Origin: Anaerolineae bacterium
GTDB lineage: Bacteria > Chloroflexota > Anaerolineae > B4-G1
Length of the DNA: 32,754 nucleotides
Assembly (NCBI GenBank): GCA_050049955.1
Contig: JASFVG010000003.1
Span: forward strand, 1-32,754
Reading direction: 5' to 3'
Made by a program: the position numbers and the translations under genes. Below the pieces are notes generated by a model. That model was not told where the DNA came from, did no database searches, and saw nothing but the letters and a program-made list of their open reading frames with translations. This document shows, piece by piece, positions 1-8,723 of the stretch. How positions within the stretch are numbered: the stretch's first letter is position 1; each line of letters starts with the position of its first letter.

Positions 1-1414
1 TCCAGTTCTCGCGTAGCGCCTCCATATCGTCCCAGAAGCCGACAGCCAATCCGGCGGCATAGGCCGCCCCCAGCGCGGTGGTCTCGGAGACGGAAGGCCG
101 GATCACTGGCACGTCCAGGATATCTGCTTGGAACTGCATCAGCAGATCGTTGTGCGTCATACCTCCGTCCACCTTGAGGGCACTCAGTTTGACGCCAGAG
201 TCTTTCTCCATGGCCTCGATCACCTCGCGGGTTTGATAGGCGGTAGCCTCCAGCGCAGCGCGGCAGATGTGGTACCGGTCGATGTAACGGGTCAGGCCAA
301 CGATGACGCCGCGCGCGTCGCTACGCCAATAGGGCGCGAACAGGCCTGAGAACGCAGGCACGAAGTAGATGCCGCCGCTATCCTCCACCTGAGCGGCGAA
401 GTCCTCGACCTGGCGGGAGACGTCAAAGAAGCCCAGGTTGTCCCGGAGCCACTGCACCAGGGCGCCTGCGATGGCGATCGAGCCCTCCAGGCAGTAGGAA
501 GTTGGCTGGTCGCCCATTCTGTATCCCACCGTGGTCAGCAGACCGCACTTGCTGTGCACGATCTCCTCACCGGTGTTGAGCAGCAAGAAGCAGCCTGTAC
601 CGTAGGTGTTCTTGGCCTCGCCAACGCCGAAGCACGTCTGACCGACAAGCGCAGCCTGCTGGTCGCCCAGATCGCCGCAGACCGGTATCTCAGCTCCCAG
701 GGGCCCGGCCGCGCGAGTGTGGCCGTAGGTTTCTGGGTCGCTTGAGGGGCGGATCTCAGGCAGCATCTGCCTAGGAATCTCGAATACATCCAGGATCTCG
801 TCGTCCCAGTTCAAGGTTTCTAGGTCCATCAGCATGGTACGGCTGGCGTTGGTCACATCGGTGACATGAGCCCCAACGCCTGGACCGCCCGTTAGGTTCC
901 AGATCTCCCAAGTGTCGCAGGTACCGAAGATGGCCTCGCCCCTCTCGGCCGCTGCTCGCAGGCCGTCCACGTGGTCGAGCAGCCACTTGAGCTTGGGACC
1001 CGAGAAGTAGGTTGCCAATGGAAGCCCGACGCAACCACGAAATCGATCCTGGCCCGCATCCTTGGCCAGCTGGTCACAGATGTCCTTGGTACGTGTATCC
1101 TGCCAGACGAGAGCGTTGTGGTAGGGCTTGCCGGTCTTGGGGTCCCAGACGATGGTGGTCTCACGCTGATTGGTCACGCCGATGGCTGCGATCTCCCCCG
1201 CGGAGATCTCCTCGCCGGCGAGGATGGATTGGATCACGTCCTCCGAGCGTGCCCAAATCTCCATCGGATCGTGTTCGACCCATCCGGGATTAGGGTAGAT
1301 CTGCCGATGCTCCATCTGGCGCGAGCTGACGACCTCGCCAGCGTGGTCGAATAAGATGAAACGCGTGCTGGTTGTGCCCTGGTCGAGCGCTGCCACGTAT
1401 CGCTTTGATTCCAT
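1..1414 (-). CDS. glpK: Glycerol kinase (3' end runs off the window)
   Basis: Manual translation from ATG 1414 gives [23 protein letters not shown]...[17 protein letters not shown], with FGGY/GlpK motifs. A GAGGAG RBS lies upstream. It is absent from the ORF track because the stop is outside the window. Confidence 0.96.
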   Translation of the reverse strand, partial: MESKRYVAALDQGTTSTRFILFDHAGEVVSSRQMEHRQIYPNPGWVEHDPMEIWARSEDVIQSILAGEEISAGEIAAIGVTNQRETTIVWDPKTGKPYHNALVWQDTRTKDICDQLAKDAGQDRFRGCVGLPLATYFSGPKLKWLLDHVDGLRAAAERGEAIFGTCDTWEIWNLTGGPGVGAHVTDVTNASRTMLMDLETLNWDDEILDVFEIPRQMLPEIRPSSDPETYGHTRAAGPLGAEIPVCGDLGDQQAALVGQTCFGVGEAKNTYGTGCFLLLNTGEEIVHSKCGLLTTVGYRMGDQPTSYCLEGSIAIAGALVQWLRDNLGFFDVSRQVEDFAAQVEDSGGIYFVPAFSGLFAPYWRSDARGVIVGLTRYIDRYHICRAALEATAYQTREVIEAMEKDSGVKLSALKVDGGMTHNDLLMQFQADILDVPVIRPSVSETTALGAAYAAGLAVGFWDDMEALRENW

Positions 1415-1462
1415 GATCTCCTCGTGTGGTCCAGCCTGGCGCCGTCTTTGCCGCGGAAGCGC

Positions 1463-1492
1463 ATTTTACCACGTCGCGGCCTGGACAGCCAA
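1463..1492 (-). promoter_or_regulatory. Putative sigma70-type promoter for glpK
   Basis: Extended -10 TGgTAAAAT (hexamer 1468-1463) with a weak -35 TTGGCT 18 bp upstream. Confidence 0.4.
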
Positions 1493-1692
1493 ATAGCCCC
1501 GCCACTGCGCCGGATTCAGGTCAAGGCTGGCGGAACTGGGGCGGTTTGTTACCCGCGAATCCAAGGGCCTCTGACCACCAGGCCGTGCTGAACACCCGTG
1601 CGCGCTGCATCGAAGGTCACCGAACTGGACGCGGGAAGCGGACCGAGGGATCAGTTGGGGTAGCGGCCGTCGCGGCGATCGGACGGGCGATC

Positions 1693-2841
1693 CTATCTTG
1701 GGCTCAGCAGCGTAGCGCCGCAAGTCGCCCTGCAGACGTAGACGTCGGGCCGAATCGAGGTCGCCATCTCGTAGCAGTCAGCCACACTGATTGCGAAGCT
1801 CGCAGTATCGGGCGCACGGACGAGTGCCACAGCGCAGCCACCAAAGCCAGCCCCCGTCATGCGTGCGCCGTAGCAGCTATCCATCCGCCTGGCGCACTCG
1901 ACCATCACGTCGAGTTCGTCACTCGATACCTCGAAACCGTCTCGCAGACTCGTGTGACTGGCATTCATCAGCCGACCCATCTCGACGGCGTCACCGGCGC
2001 GCATGGCCTCTGCGGCCTGGCGTGTCCTCTCGTTCTCGGTGATGACGTGGCGCGCGCGGCGGCGGCTCACTGCCTCGATGTCGGCGGATGCTGCCTCAAA
2101 CTGCTCAGCGGTCACGTCGCGTAGAGCGGGTACGCCTAGGGACTGGGCCGCAGTGTCGCACTGGTTTCGGCGTTCGTTGTAAGCCGAGTCAGCCAGCTCA
2201 CGGCGGGTCGCCGTGTCGAGCACCACTACCGCGGCCTCGGGGGGCAGGGGCACCGGCACTGTCTCCAGGGAGCGACAGTCGATAAACAGCGCGTGACCGG
2301 CGTGGCCCAGCGCCGAAACCATCTGATCCATGATGCCGCATCTCATCCCGACCCAGTCTTTCTCCGCCCGTTGGCAGAGCTGTGCCATCTGTACCGGTTT
2401 CCATCGCAGCCCGGACACTGCCGCAAAGACACGAGCCGTGGCCAGCTCTAACGCGGCGGATGAAGAGAGACCGGCTCCGCGGGGGACATCACCAGCGACG
2501 ACGCCCTCCCAACCGCGCAGCTCGTAGCCCTCCTCCTGCAGTGTCCAAGCGACCCCCTTCACATACTCCGCCCAGGTGCCGCTGTCACGCTCCAGATCGC
2601 TCAGAGCAAAATCCAGGGCGTCGTCCAAGTCCAGCGCAAACGCGACAGCGCGCCTGTCCGGGCGAGGTTGCGCTGCGATCCAGACGGCGCGATCGATCGC
2701 CATGGGCAATACGAAACCGTCATTGTAGTCAGTGTGCTCTCCGATGAGGTTCACCCGTCCGGGCGCACGCACGCAGCAACTTGGAGAGACGTGATACCGA
2801 CGCACAAACTCTCTGGTGACCCTATTCCTGGCGGAGATCAT
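1693..2841 (-). CDS. galK: Galactokinase
   Basis: APGRVNLIGEHTDYNDG, PRGAGLSSSAA, CGIMDQ and GARMTGAGFGGC are GHMP/GalK motifs. Confidence 0.96.
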   Translation of the reverse strand: MISARNRVTREFVRRYHVSPSCCVRAPGRVNLIGEHTDYNDGFVLPMAIDRAVWIAAQPRPDRRAVAFALDLDDALDFALSDLERDSGTWAEYVKGVAWTLQEEGYELRGWEGVVAGDVPRGAGLSSSAALELATARVFAAVSGLRWKPVQMAQLCQRAEKDWVGMRCGIMDQMVSALGHAGHALFIDCRSLETVPVPLPPEAAVVVLDTATRRELADSAYNERRNQCDTAAQSLGVPALRDVTAEQFEAASADIEAVSRRRARHVITENERTRQAAEAMRAGDAVEMGRLMNASHTSLRDGFEVSSDELDVMVECARRMDSCYGARMTGAGFGGCAVALVRAPDTASFAISVADCYEMATSIRPDVYVCRATCGATLLSPR

Positions 2842-2949
2842 GGGGCCCGCAATTGGGTGTAGGCGCTACCTGGTCAAGCTGCCTGTCCTCGTGCCCAGTC
2901 GCGAGAGCGCCGGGCGAAGGCCGGTCGCCCGTAGCACCCGCTGTCCCGT

Positions 2950-4830
2950 CTAGTCCGGTTCGTGCCCTGCGTGGTTGTTCTGGTATCGGAACTGGCTGTT
3001 GTACAGGTCCGAATAATGACCACCTGCAGCCAGCAGTTCCTCGTGGGTACCTCGCTCGACAATGCGACCGTCATAGATAACCAGAACCTGGTCCGCGTTT
3101 TGGATCGTGCTCAGCCTGTGGGCGATGACCAACGAGGTACGCCCACCCAGCAGCTTGTCCAATGCTGCCTGGATCAGCTGCTCAGTCCGCGTGTCGACGC
3201 TCGAAGTTGCCTCGTCGAGAATCAGGATGCGCGGATTGGCCAGGATCGCACGGGCGATAGCGATAAGTTGACGCTGCCCCTGGCTGAGCGTGTGGCCGCG
3301 CTCACCCAGCTTGGTGTCGTACCCCTCAGGAAGGCGCCGAATGAACTGATCGGCGTTCGCCGTCTCAGCCGCTGCGACGACCTCTTCGTCCGTTGCGTCC
3401 AGGCGCCCGTAGCGGATGTTGTCCATGACCGTTCCCGAGAATAGGAACGTGTCCTGCAGGACCACGCCCATCTGCTCCCGCAGGCTCTGCCGTGTCACCT
3501 GACGAAGATCGTAGCCGTCGATCCGCACTGCCCCGTGTCCGTCTCCCACGTCGTAGAAGCGCGAGAGCAGGCTGGCTATCGTCGTCTTCCCCGCCCCCGT
3601 CGGGCCCACCAGGGCAATCGTCTGCCCCGGTTCTGCTATGAACCTGATGTCTTGAAGCACCCTGTCTTCAGCGTAGGAGAAGGTGACGTGGTCGAACGCG
3701 ACCTGGCCTCTGATGGGAGGCAGAGTGACAGCGTCCGGTGCATCGGTGATCTCCGGGTCTGTGTCGAGCAAGTCGAAGATGCGCTCCGCGCCAGCGATGG
3801 CGGCCTGGAGTTGGGCATATAAGTTGGCCAAGCCCTGGATCGGCCGGTAGAATCGCTGCACGTACGCCAAGAACGCGACGATTACTCCGATGCTTGCGAG
3901 CGGCGGGTCGGGAGCCAGGACAAGATAGCCCCCGTACCCCACCACGATAGCCAGGGCGATGCTGCTGAGGACGTCCAGGGCAGGGGAGAAAGCTGAGAGG
4001 ACCGATTGCGCCTGGACGTTAGCGTCCCGGTTAGCGGCGTTGATCGATTCGAACTCGGCTACGTTCTCGTCCTCGCGGGCGAACGCCTGCACCTCGCGAA
4101 CGGCTGCGATGTTCTCCTGAAGCTCGGCGCTCACCTCACCGATTGTCTCACGCGTACGGCGAAAGGCGGAGCGGGCCCATCGGGAGAAGGCGGTTGTGGT
4201 CAGGACCATCGCGGGAAGCACGGCGAAACTCGCCAAAGCCAGGCGCCAGTTGAGGCCCAGCATGGAGATCACTATGCCGATGAGGGTCAGGCCCATGCTC
4301 GCGAATCGGATAATCCCTCCGCTGAATACCTGGTTGATCACCTCGGTATCGTTGACCAGACGCGACATCAGGTCACCTGCTTCGTGCCGGTCGAAGAAGG
4401 GTAGTGAGAGGCTCTGAATGCGCTCGAAGATCTGAGTGCGCATGTGAAGCAGCACCCGCTGCCCAGCGAGCATCATCAGGTAGAATTGGCCAGCTGTGGC
4501 GGCCCAGTTGAGGAGGTAGATGCTCAGCAGCACAAGCATCGTCACCGTCAGACCCGCACCGCGACCGGCATCCTGCGCGATGAGTAAAGACAGCCAGGGC
4601 GGCCGCAGTGCGTCGCCTGGTGCGATGAACTGGTCTACGGCAACGCCGATCAGATAGGGGCCGATCAGCTGAAGGAGTGAGCTGATGACAACGAACAGGG
4701 TCGCCGCTGCCAGTAGCCCCCGGAAGGGCTGGAAGTAGCCTAGCAGTCGGCGCAGGGTCTTGGCGACATCCGTCGCCTTCTCCTGTTCGCGCGTGAACCT
4801 GCCGAAATGCCTTCCACCAAACATGGTCAC
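2950..4830 (-). CDS. ABC exporter permease/ATP-binding subunit (TM288-like); start may be ATG 4824
   Basis: N-terminal TM domain, Walker A GPTGAGKT, signature LSQGQ, Walker B ILILDE, H-switch IAHR. Confidence 0.93.
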   Translation of the reverse strand: MTMFGGRHFGRFTREQEKATDVAKTLRRLLGYFQPFRGLLAAATLFVVISSLLQLIGPYLIGVAVDQFIAPGDALRPPWLSLLIAQDAGRGAGLTVTMLVLLSIYLLNWAATAGQFYLMMLAGQRVLLHMRTQIFERIQSLSLPFFDRHEAGDLMSRLVNDTEVINQVFSGGIIRFASMGLTLIGIVISMLGLNWRLALASFAVLPAMVLTTTAFSRWARSAFRRTRETIGEVSAELQENIAAVREVQAFAREDENVAEFESINAANRDANVQAQSVLSAFSPALDVLSSIALAIVVGYGGYLVLAPDPPLASIGVIVAFLAYVQRFYRPIQGLANLYAQLQAAIAGAERIFDLLDTDPEITDAPDAVTLPPIRGQVAFDHVTFSYAEDRVLQDIRFIAEPGQTIALVGPTGAGKTTIASLLSRFYDVGDGHGAVRIDGYDLRQVTRQSLREQMGVVLQDTFLFSGTVMDNIRYGRLDATDEEVVAAAETANADQFIRRLPEGYDTKLGERGHTLSQGQRQLIAIARAILANPRILILDEATSSVDTRTEQLIQAALDKLLGGRTSLVIAHRLSTIQNADQVLVIYDGRIVERGTHEELLAAGGHYSDLYNSQFRYQNNHAGHEPD

Positions 4831-4846
4831 CTAGCGCAGGGCATGT

Positions 4847-6586
4847 CTAGTTTCTGCTGCCCTTCCCCTCCAGTTGGGAGTAGTAGATGTCAGCGTAGAT
4901 GGGGCTCTCCCGCAAGAGGGCTGCGTGTCTGCCGCGGGCCACAATCTCTCCCTCATCCAATACCAGAATCTGATCCGCATTGAGCACGGTGGCCACCCGC
5001 TGGGCGATGACAAAGCTCGTGCGGCCTGCCATCAACCGATCTAGCGCCTGCTGAATGCGCAGCTCGGTCTCGTAGTCCACGCTCGAGGTGGCGTCGTCAA
5101 GAATCAGGATGCGCGGATTGAGCAGCACGGCCCTGGCGATGGCGATGCGCTGCTTCTGCCCCCCGGAGAGCGTCACCCCGCGCTCGCCCACCGGCGTGTC
5201 GTACCCTTCGGGAAAGCCGGTGACGAAGTCGTGGGCCTCGGCCGTCTTTGCGGCAGCGATCACCTCATCCAAGGAGGCCTCGGGCCGCCCGAACGCGATG
5301 TTCTCGCGGACCGTGCCCGCGAACAGCGTCGTCTCCTGAAGGACGATCCCGATTTGCTGGCGCAGCGACTCCAGCGTGACATCTCGTACGTCCTTGTCAT
5401 CGATCCTGACTGACCCTGTCGTCACGTCGTAGAAGCGAGGTATGAGGTTGATGACCGTTGATTTGCCCGATCCCGTTGCACCGAGCAGGGCGATCGTCTG
5501 TCCCGGCTCTGCCACAAATCCGACGTTCTTGAGGACCAGCTCACCGCTGCCAAAGTAGCGGAAGCAGACGTGCTCGAAAGTGACGCGCCCTTCGACGTCG
5601 CCGAGGGCAATGGCATCCGGCTTTCCTACTACTTCGGACTGGGCGTCGAGGATCTCGAAGACACGTTCAGCCGAGGCTCCTGCCTGTGAGACCATCGCCA
5701 TGATCATCCCCAACATCAGCATGGGGAAGAAGGCCATCATCAGGTAGTTCGTGAACGCAACTACTTCACCCACGCTGATCTGCCCGCCTATGACCTGGGC
5801 GCCGCCAATCCAATAGACAGACAACTGAGCCAAGTTGGCCAGCAGGAAGATGAGTGGGATCGCCAACGCGAACAGCCTGCCCACCACCAGGTTGAGATCG
5901 AACAGCCTCCGGTTGGCTTGGGCATACCGTTGGGACTCGTAAGGCTCCCGAGCAAACGCCTTCACCACGCGAACCCCGACCAGACCTTCCTGCAGCACCG
6001 TGTTCAGTTCCGCAATCCGCTGCTGGATGCTTCTGAAAAGCGGGCGAGCCCTGCTAGCGAAAAAGCCGAACACCCCAAAGGTGACGGGCACGAGGACCAG
6101 CATGATCATCGCCAACCGCCAGTTGGTGAGGATCAGAAGGATGGTACTGCCAACCATCATCAGGATTGCGCTGACGAAGTGGATGACGCCCATGCCGACG
6201 AAGCGGTGCACCATCTCGACGTCTGAGGTCGCCCGAGTGAGAAGCTGTCCCGTTTGGGCACGGTCGTGGTAGCTGAAGGACAGGGACTGGATCTTCTTGT
6301 AGAGCTGGTTTCGAAGATCGTACGCCACACCCTGGGCTGTGCGCGCTGCCAGCACCCCTTGTAGAAAGGTGAAGACCGAACCAGCTATGGCCAAGCCGAC
6401 GATCCCTAGCGAGCCACCAAGGATCACCTCCTGCTGCCCCCCTGTGATACCCTGATCGATGATAGTCTGGGTCAGGCGCGGGATTGCCAGACGCGTGCCG
6501 CTGGCAGTCAGGAGGCCAAAGAAAGCGCCGGTGGCCAACAGCCAGTAGCGCTTGAGGTAGCTTAGGGTGCGGACCAGTTGTCTCAC
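4847..6586 (-). CDS. ABC exporter permease/ATP-binding subunit (TM287-like, degenerate site)
   Basis: TM domain, GATGSGKS, LSGGQ, non-canonical Walker B ILILDD and switch IAQR. Confidence 0.93.
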   Translation of the reverse strand: MRQLVRTLSYLKRYWLLATGAFFGLLTASGTRLAIPRLTQTIIDQGITGGQQEVILGGSLGIVGLAIAGSVFTFLQGVLAARTAQGVAYDLRNQLYKKIQSLSFSYHDRAQTGQLLTRATSDVEMVHRFVGMGVIHFVSAILMMVGSTILLILTNWRLAMIMLVLVPVTFGVFGFFASRARPLFRSIQQRIAELNTVLQEGLVGVRVVKAFAREPYESQRYAQANRRLFDLNLVVGRLFALAIPLIFLLANLAQLSVYWIGGAQVIGGQISVGEVVAFTNYLMMAFFPMLMLGMIMAMVSQAGASAERVFEILDAQSEVVGKPDAIALGDVEGRVTFEHVCFRYFGSGELVLKNVGFVAEPGQTIALLGATGSGKSTVINLIPRFYDVTTGSVRIDDKDVRDVTLESLRQQIGIVLQETTLFAGTVRENIAFGRPEASLDEVIAAAKTAEAHDFVTGFPEGYDTPVGERGVTLSGGQKQRIAIARAVLLNPRILILDDATSSVDYETELRIQQALDRLMAGRTSFVIAQRVATVLNADQILVLDEGEIVARGRHAALLRESPIYADIYYSQLEGKGSRN

Positions 6587-6595
6587 TGAGTCATC

Positions 6596-7204
6596 TCACG
6601 AAGCCCGGGGCCAGTTCGGGCCGGCCGCGCCTTCCATCAGCAGATCAACTGAGTTCTCGAGAGACTCCCGGAAGGGGACTGGCCGATCGCCGCGGTGCCA
6701 CATGACTAGCCGCTGGAAGAACAACGCGTGGATCAGGCCGGCCAAATAGGGAGCCTCCAGGTCACTGCGGATCTCACCGGCGGCCTGGGCCTGGCGCACC
6801 TGTCCTACCAGCAAATCACGGAGAGCGTGACCGGCATCGATATCCCGCCGACGCATCATTGCCGCAAAGAGCCTCTCAGCCAGCTGCTTCTGACACAGCC
6901 GGCTCTCGGCCACGAGCCGCAGCGCCAGCTTGATGCGGGCCACGGGGCTATCTGGAGCGCCTAGATCGGGCCTTAGAGCCTCCTGCAGCTGCTCTACCCG
7001 GCGAGCCGCAATGGCGGGTAGGACGGCTTCCTTCGTTTCGAAGTAGTTGAAGAAGGTCCCTTTGGCGACATCGGCTGCAGTCGCGATATCCTTGACCGTG
7101 GTCGCTTCATAGCCGTGTTCGCTGAACAGCCGCAGCGCCGTCTCCATGAGACGCCGGCGCGTCTCAAGCTTCTTCCGTTCCCGTCGGGAGAGCTGTTCCA
7201 TCAC
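6596..7204 (-). CDS. TetR/AcrR family transcriptional regulator
   Basis: ALRLFSEHGYEATTVKDIATAADVAKGTFFNYFETKE helix-turn-helix; first gene of the ABC operon. Confidence 0.95.
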   Translation of the reverse strand: MMEQLSRRERKKLETRRRLMETALRLFSEHGYEATTVKDIATAADVAKGTFFNYFETKEAVLPAIAARRVEQLQEALRPDLGAPDSPVARIKLALRLVAESRLCQKQLAERLFAAMMRRRDIDAGHALRDLLVGQVRQAQAAGEIRSDLEAPYLAGLIHALFFQRLVMWHRGDRPVPFRESLENSVDLLMEGAAGPNWPRAS

Positions 7205-7231
7205 ACCAATAATCCTGACCCCAGGCTAAAG

Positions 7232-7245
7232 ATGACCAGGGTCAT
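7232..7245. promoter_or_regulatory. Putative TetR operator
   Basis: Perfect inverted repeat ATGACC-AG-GGTCAT immediately downstream of the -10 box, covering the predicted start site. Confidence 0.7.
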
Positions 7246-7273
7246 ATTATACGTTGGCTACGACCATTGTCAA
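7246..7273 (-). promoter_or_regulatory. Sigma70-type promoter of the tetR-ABC operon
   Basis: TTGACA (7273-7268), 16 bp spacer, TATAAT (7251-7246). Confidence 0.8.
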
Positions 7274-7355
7274 CCGAATCAGGGGAAGCTGGAGACAAGG
7301 CTGGCGGCGAACCCCCGAGGCACACCCAGTCTCCAGGCTCGGGGGGCTGGCACTG

Positions 7356-8384
7356 CTAACGCAGGCGGCTCAACGCCCACGCAGCGTGCTTGGCGACCAG
7401 TGGGTCCGGATCCGAGAGGGCGAGCTCAAGCGCCGACCGAGCAGCAGGATCTCGCAGGTTCCCCAGCACCACCGCCGTGTTGCGCAGGAGGCCGGCGCGC
7501 CGGGCCCGCCAGAGTGGCGTCTCTCGAAAGAGGTCTTGAAAGCCATCCGGGTCGATCCCGAGGATTCCGACTAGGTCGAGCGTAGGGCCAAAGGGTCTGA
7601 GGTCAGGCTTTCGCGGGCGACGTGCGAACCGGCGGTTCCAGGGGCATACTTCCTGACATACGTCACAGCCGAACACCCAGTCGTCGATGCGTGGACGAAG
7701 CTCCTCGGGGATGGCGCCCCGGTGCTCGATAGTCAGGTAGGAGATGCAGCGGCGCGCGTCAACGGTGTAAGGGGCGACCAATGCCTGGGTGGGACAGGCG
7801 TCGAGGCAGGCCCTGCAGCCGCCGCAGTGCCCGCCCGCGAACGGAGCATCCGATTCAAGTTCGAGGCTAAGCAGCAGTTCGCCCAGGAAGAAGTAGGATC
7901 CCTTCTTGGGGTGGATGATGCTCGTATTGCGACCTATCCAACCTAAACCGGCCCGCTTGGCCAGCTCCCGCTCAAGGAGTGGCCCGCTGTCCACATAGGC
8001 TCGGTAGGTCAGCGGCTGCTCCGTCTGCCCGTTGATCCACTCACCGAGCTGGTTCAGTTTCCTGAGAATCACGTCGTGGTAGTCGACACCCCAGGCATAG
8101 CGCGACACGCGCCCCCTTGCGCCCTGCGCCGGTGGAAACTCGCCTGGATAGTAGTTCATCCCGACAACCACGATTGAACGAGTCGCTGGGAAGACAAGGC
8201 GCGGGTCTGCCCGCTTCCTGATGGCGTCTTGCCGTGCCAGATAGGCCATCCCGGCGTGAAAGCCCCGGGCTAGCCATTCTCTGTAGAACTCGGCGTCGCC
8301 ACTGGGGTCAGGCTCTGTAACCCCCACCAGGTCAAAACCCAACTGCCGAGCTCGCGTCTTGATGTGCTTGGTGAGCGTCTTCAT
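7356..8384 (-). CDS. queG: tRNA epoxyqueuosine(34) reductase
   Basis: SRYAWGVDYH, VDSGPLLERELA, Fe-S motifs CGGCRACLDACP and CDVCQEVCPWN, C-terminal HEAT-like helices. Start reassigned to ATG 8384 (MKTLTKHIK) because the upstream ORF extension overlaps promoters. Confidence 0.93.
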   Translation of the reverse strand: MKTLTKHIKTRARQLGFDLVGVTEPDPSGDAEFYREWLARGFHAGMAYLARQDAIRKRADPRLVFPATRSIVVVGMNYYPGEFPPAQGARGRVSRYAWGVDYHDVILRKLNQLGEWINGQTEQPLTYRAYVDSGPLLERELAKRAGLGWIGRNTSIIHPKKGSYFFLGELLLSLELESDAPFAGGHCGGCRACLDACPTQALVAPYTVDARRCISYLTIEHRGAIPEELRPRIDDWVFGCDVCQEVCPWNRRFARRPRKPDLRPFGPTLDLVGILGIDPDGFQDLFRETPLWRARRAGLLRNTAVVLGNLRDPAARSALELALSDPDPLVAKHAAWALSRLR

Positions 8385-8393
8385 CTGATGGAG

Positions 8394-8422
8394 ACTATAG
8401 CCGAGAGGGACGGAGGTGTCAA
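8394..8422 (-). promoter_or_regulatory. Promoter of queG (near-leaderless)
   Basis: TTGACA (8422-8417), 17 bp spacer, TATAGT (8399-8394); the ATG follows 9 nt after the -10 box. Confidence 0.75.
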
Positions 8423-8477
8423 CGGAGTCTGCCCTGCCGCGAGTGGTCGACAAATGCACCAATTCGCCGCCCAGCAC

Positions 8478-8506
8478 TTGCCAGTTGCCCCGGCACGTGC
8501 TATAAT
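8478..8506 (+). promoter_or_regulatory. Promoter of the nusA-infB operon
   Basis: TTGCCA (8478-8483), 17 bp spacer, extended -10 TGcTATAAT (hexamer 8501-8506). Confidence 0.8.
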
Positions 8507-8536
8507 ACTGTTGGTTCAGGATAGACGGAGTCTTAG

Positions 8537-8560
8537 AAGTGGGCAACCCCCACTTTTTTT
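8537..8560 (+). terminator. Leader terminator/attenuator 1 (rimP-leader-like)
   Basis: AAGTGGG-CAACC-CCCACTT stem-loop running into a T7 tract, about 25 nt after the predicted start site. Confidence 0.75.
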
Positions 8561-8623
8561 GTAGCATAGCAGAAGCGCAGCAGCCAGCACGGCACTGCTG
8601 CCGCACGGTAGACGCACTTCGTT

Positions 8624-8653
8624 CGTCGGGGGATTGCGACCCGACGTTTTTTT
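8624..8653 (+). terminator. Leader terminator/attenuator 2
   Basis: CGTCGGG-(9 nt)-CCCGACG stem followed by T7, 70 nt upstream of the nusA ATG. Confidence 0.7.
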
Positions 8654-8723
8654 GTAGAGTGGGTACATAGTGCTGGCCTGGCCGCAAGCCAGGGCAGGGT
8701 GATGCTGTTGGCAGGAGAAGAAC

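Noticed and set aside
1426-2124. 232-aa plus-strand ORF across the glpK-galK gap
   Set aside because: Mostly antisense to galK, with no RBS or motif
8385-8687. N-terminal 101-aa extension of the queG ORF
   Set aside because: It overlaps the queG and nusA promoters and leader terminators; family similarity starts at MKTLTKH
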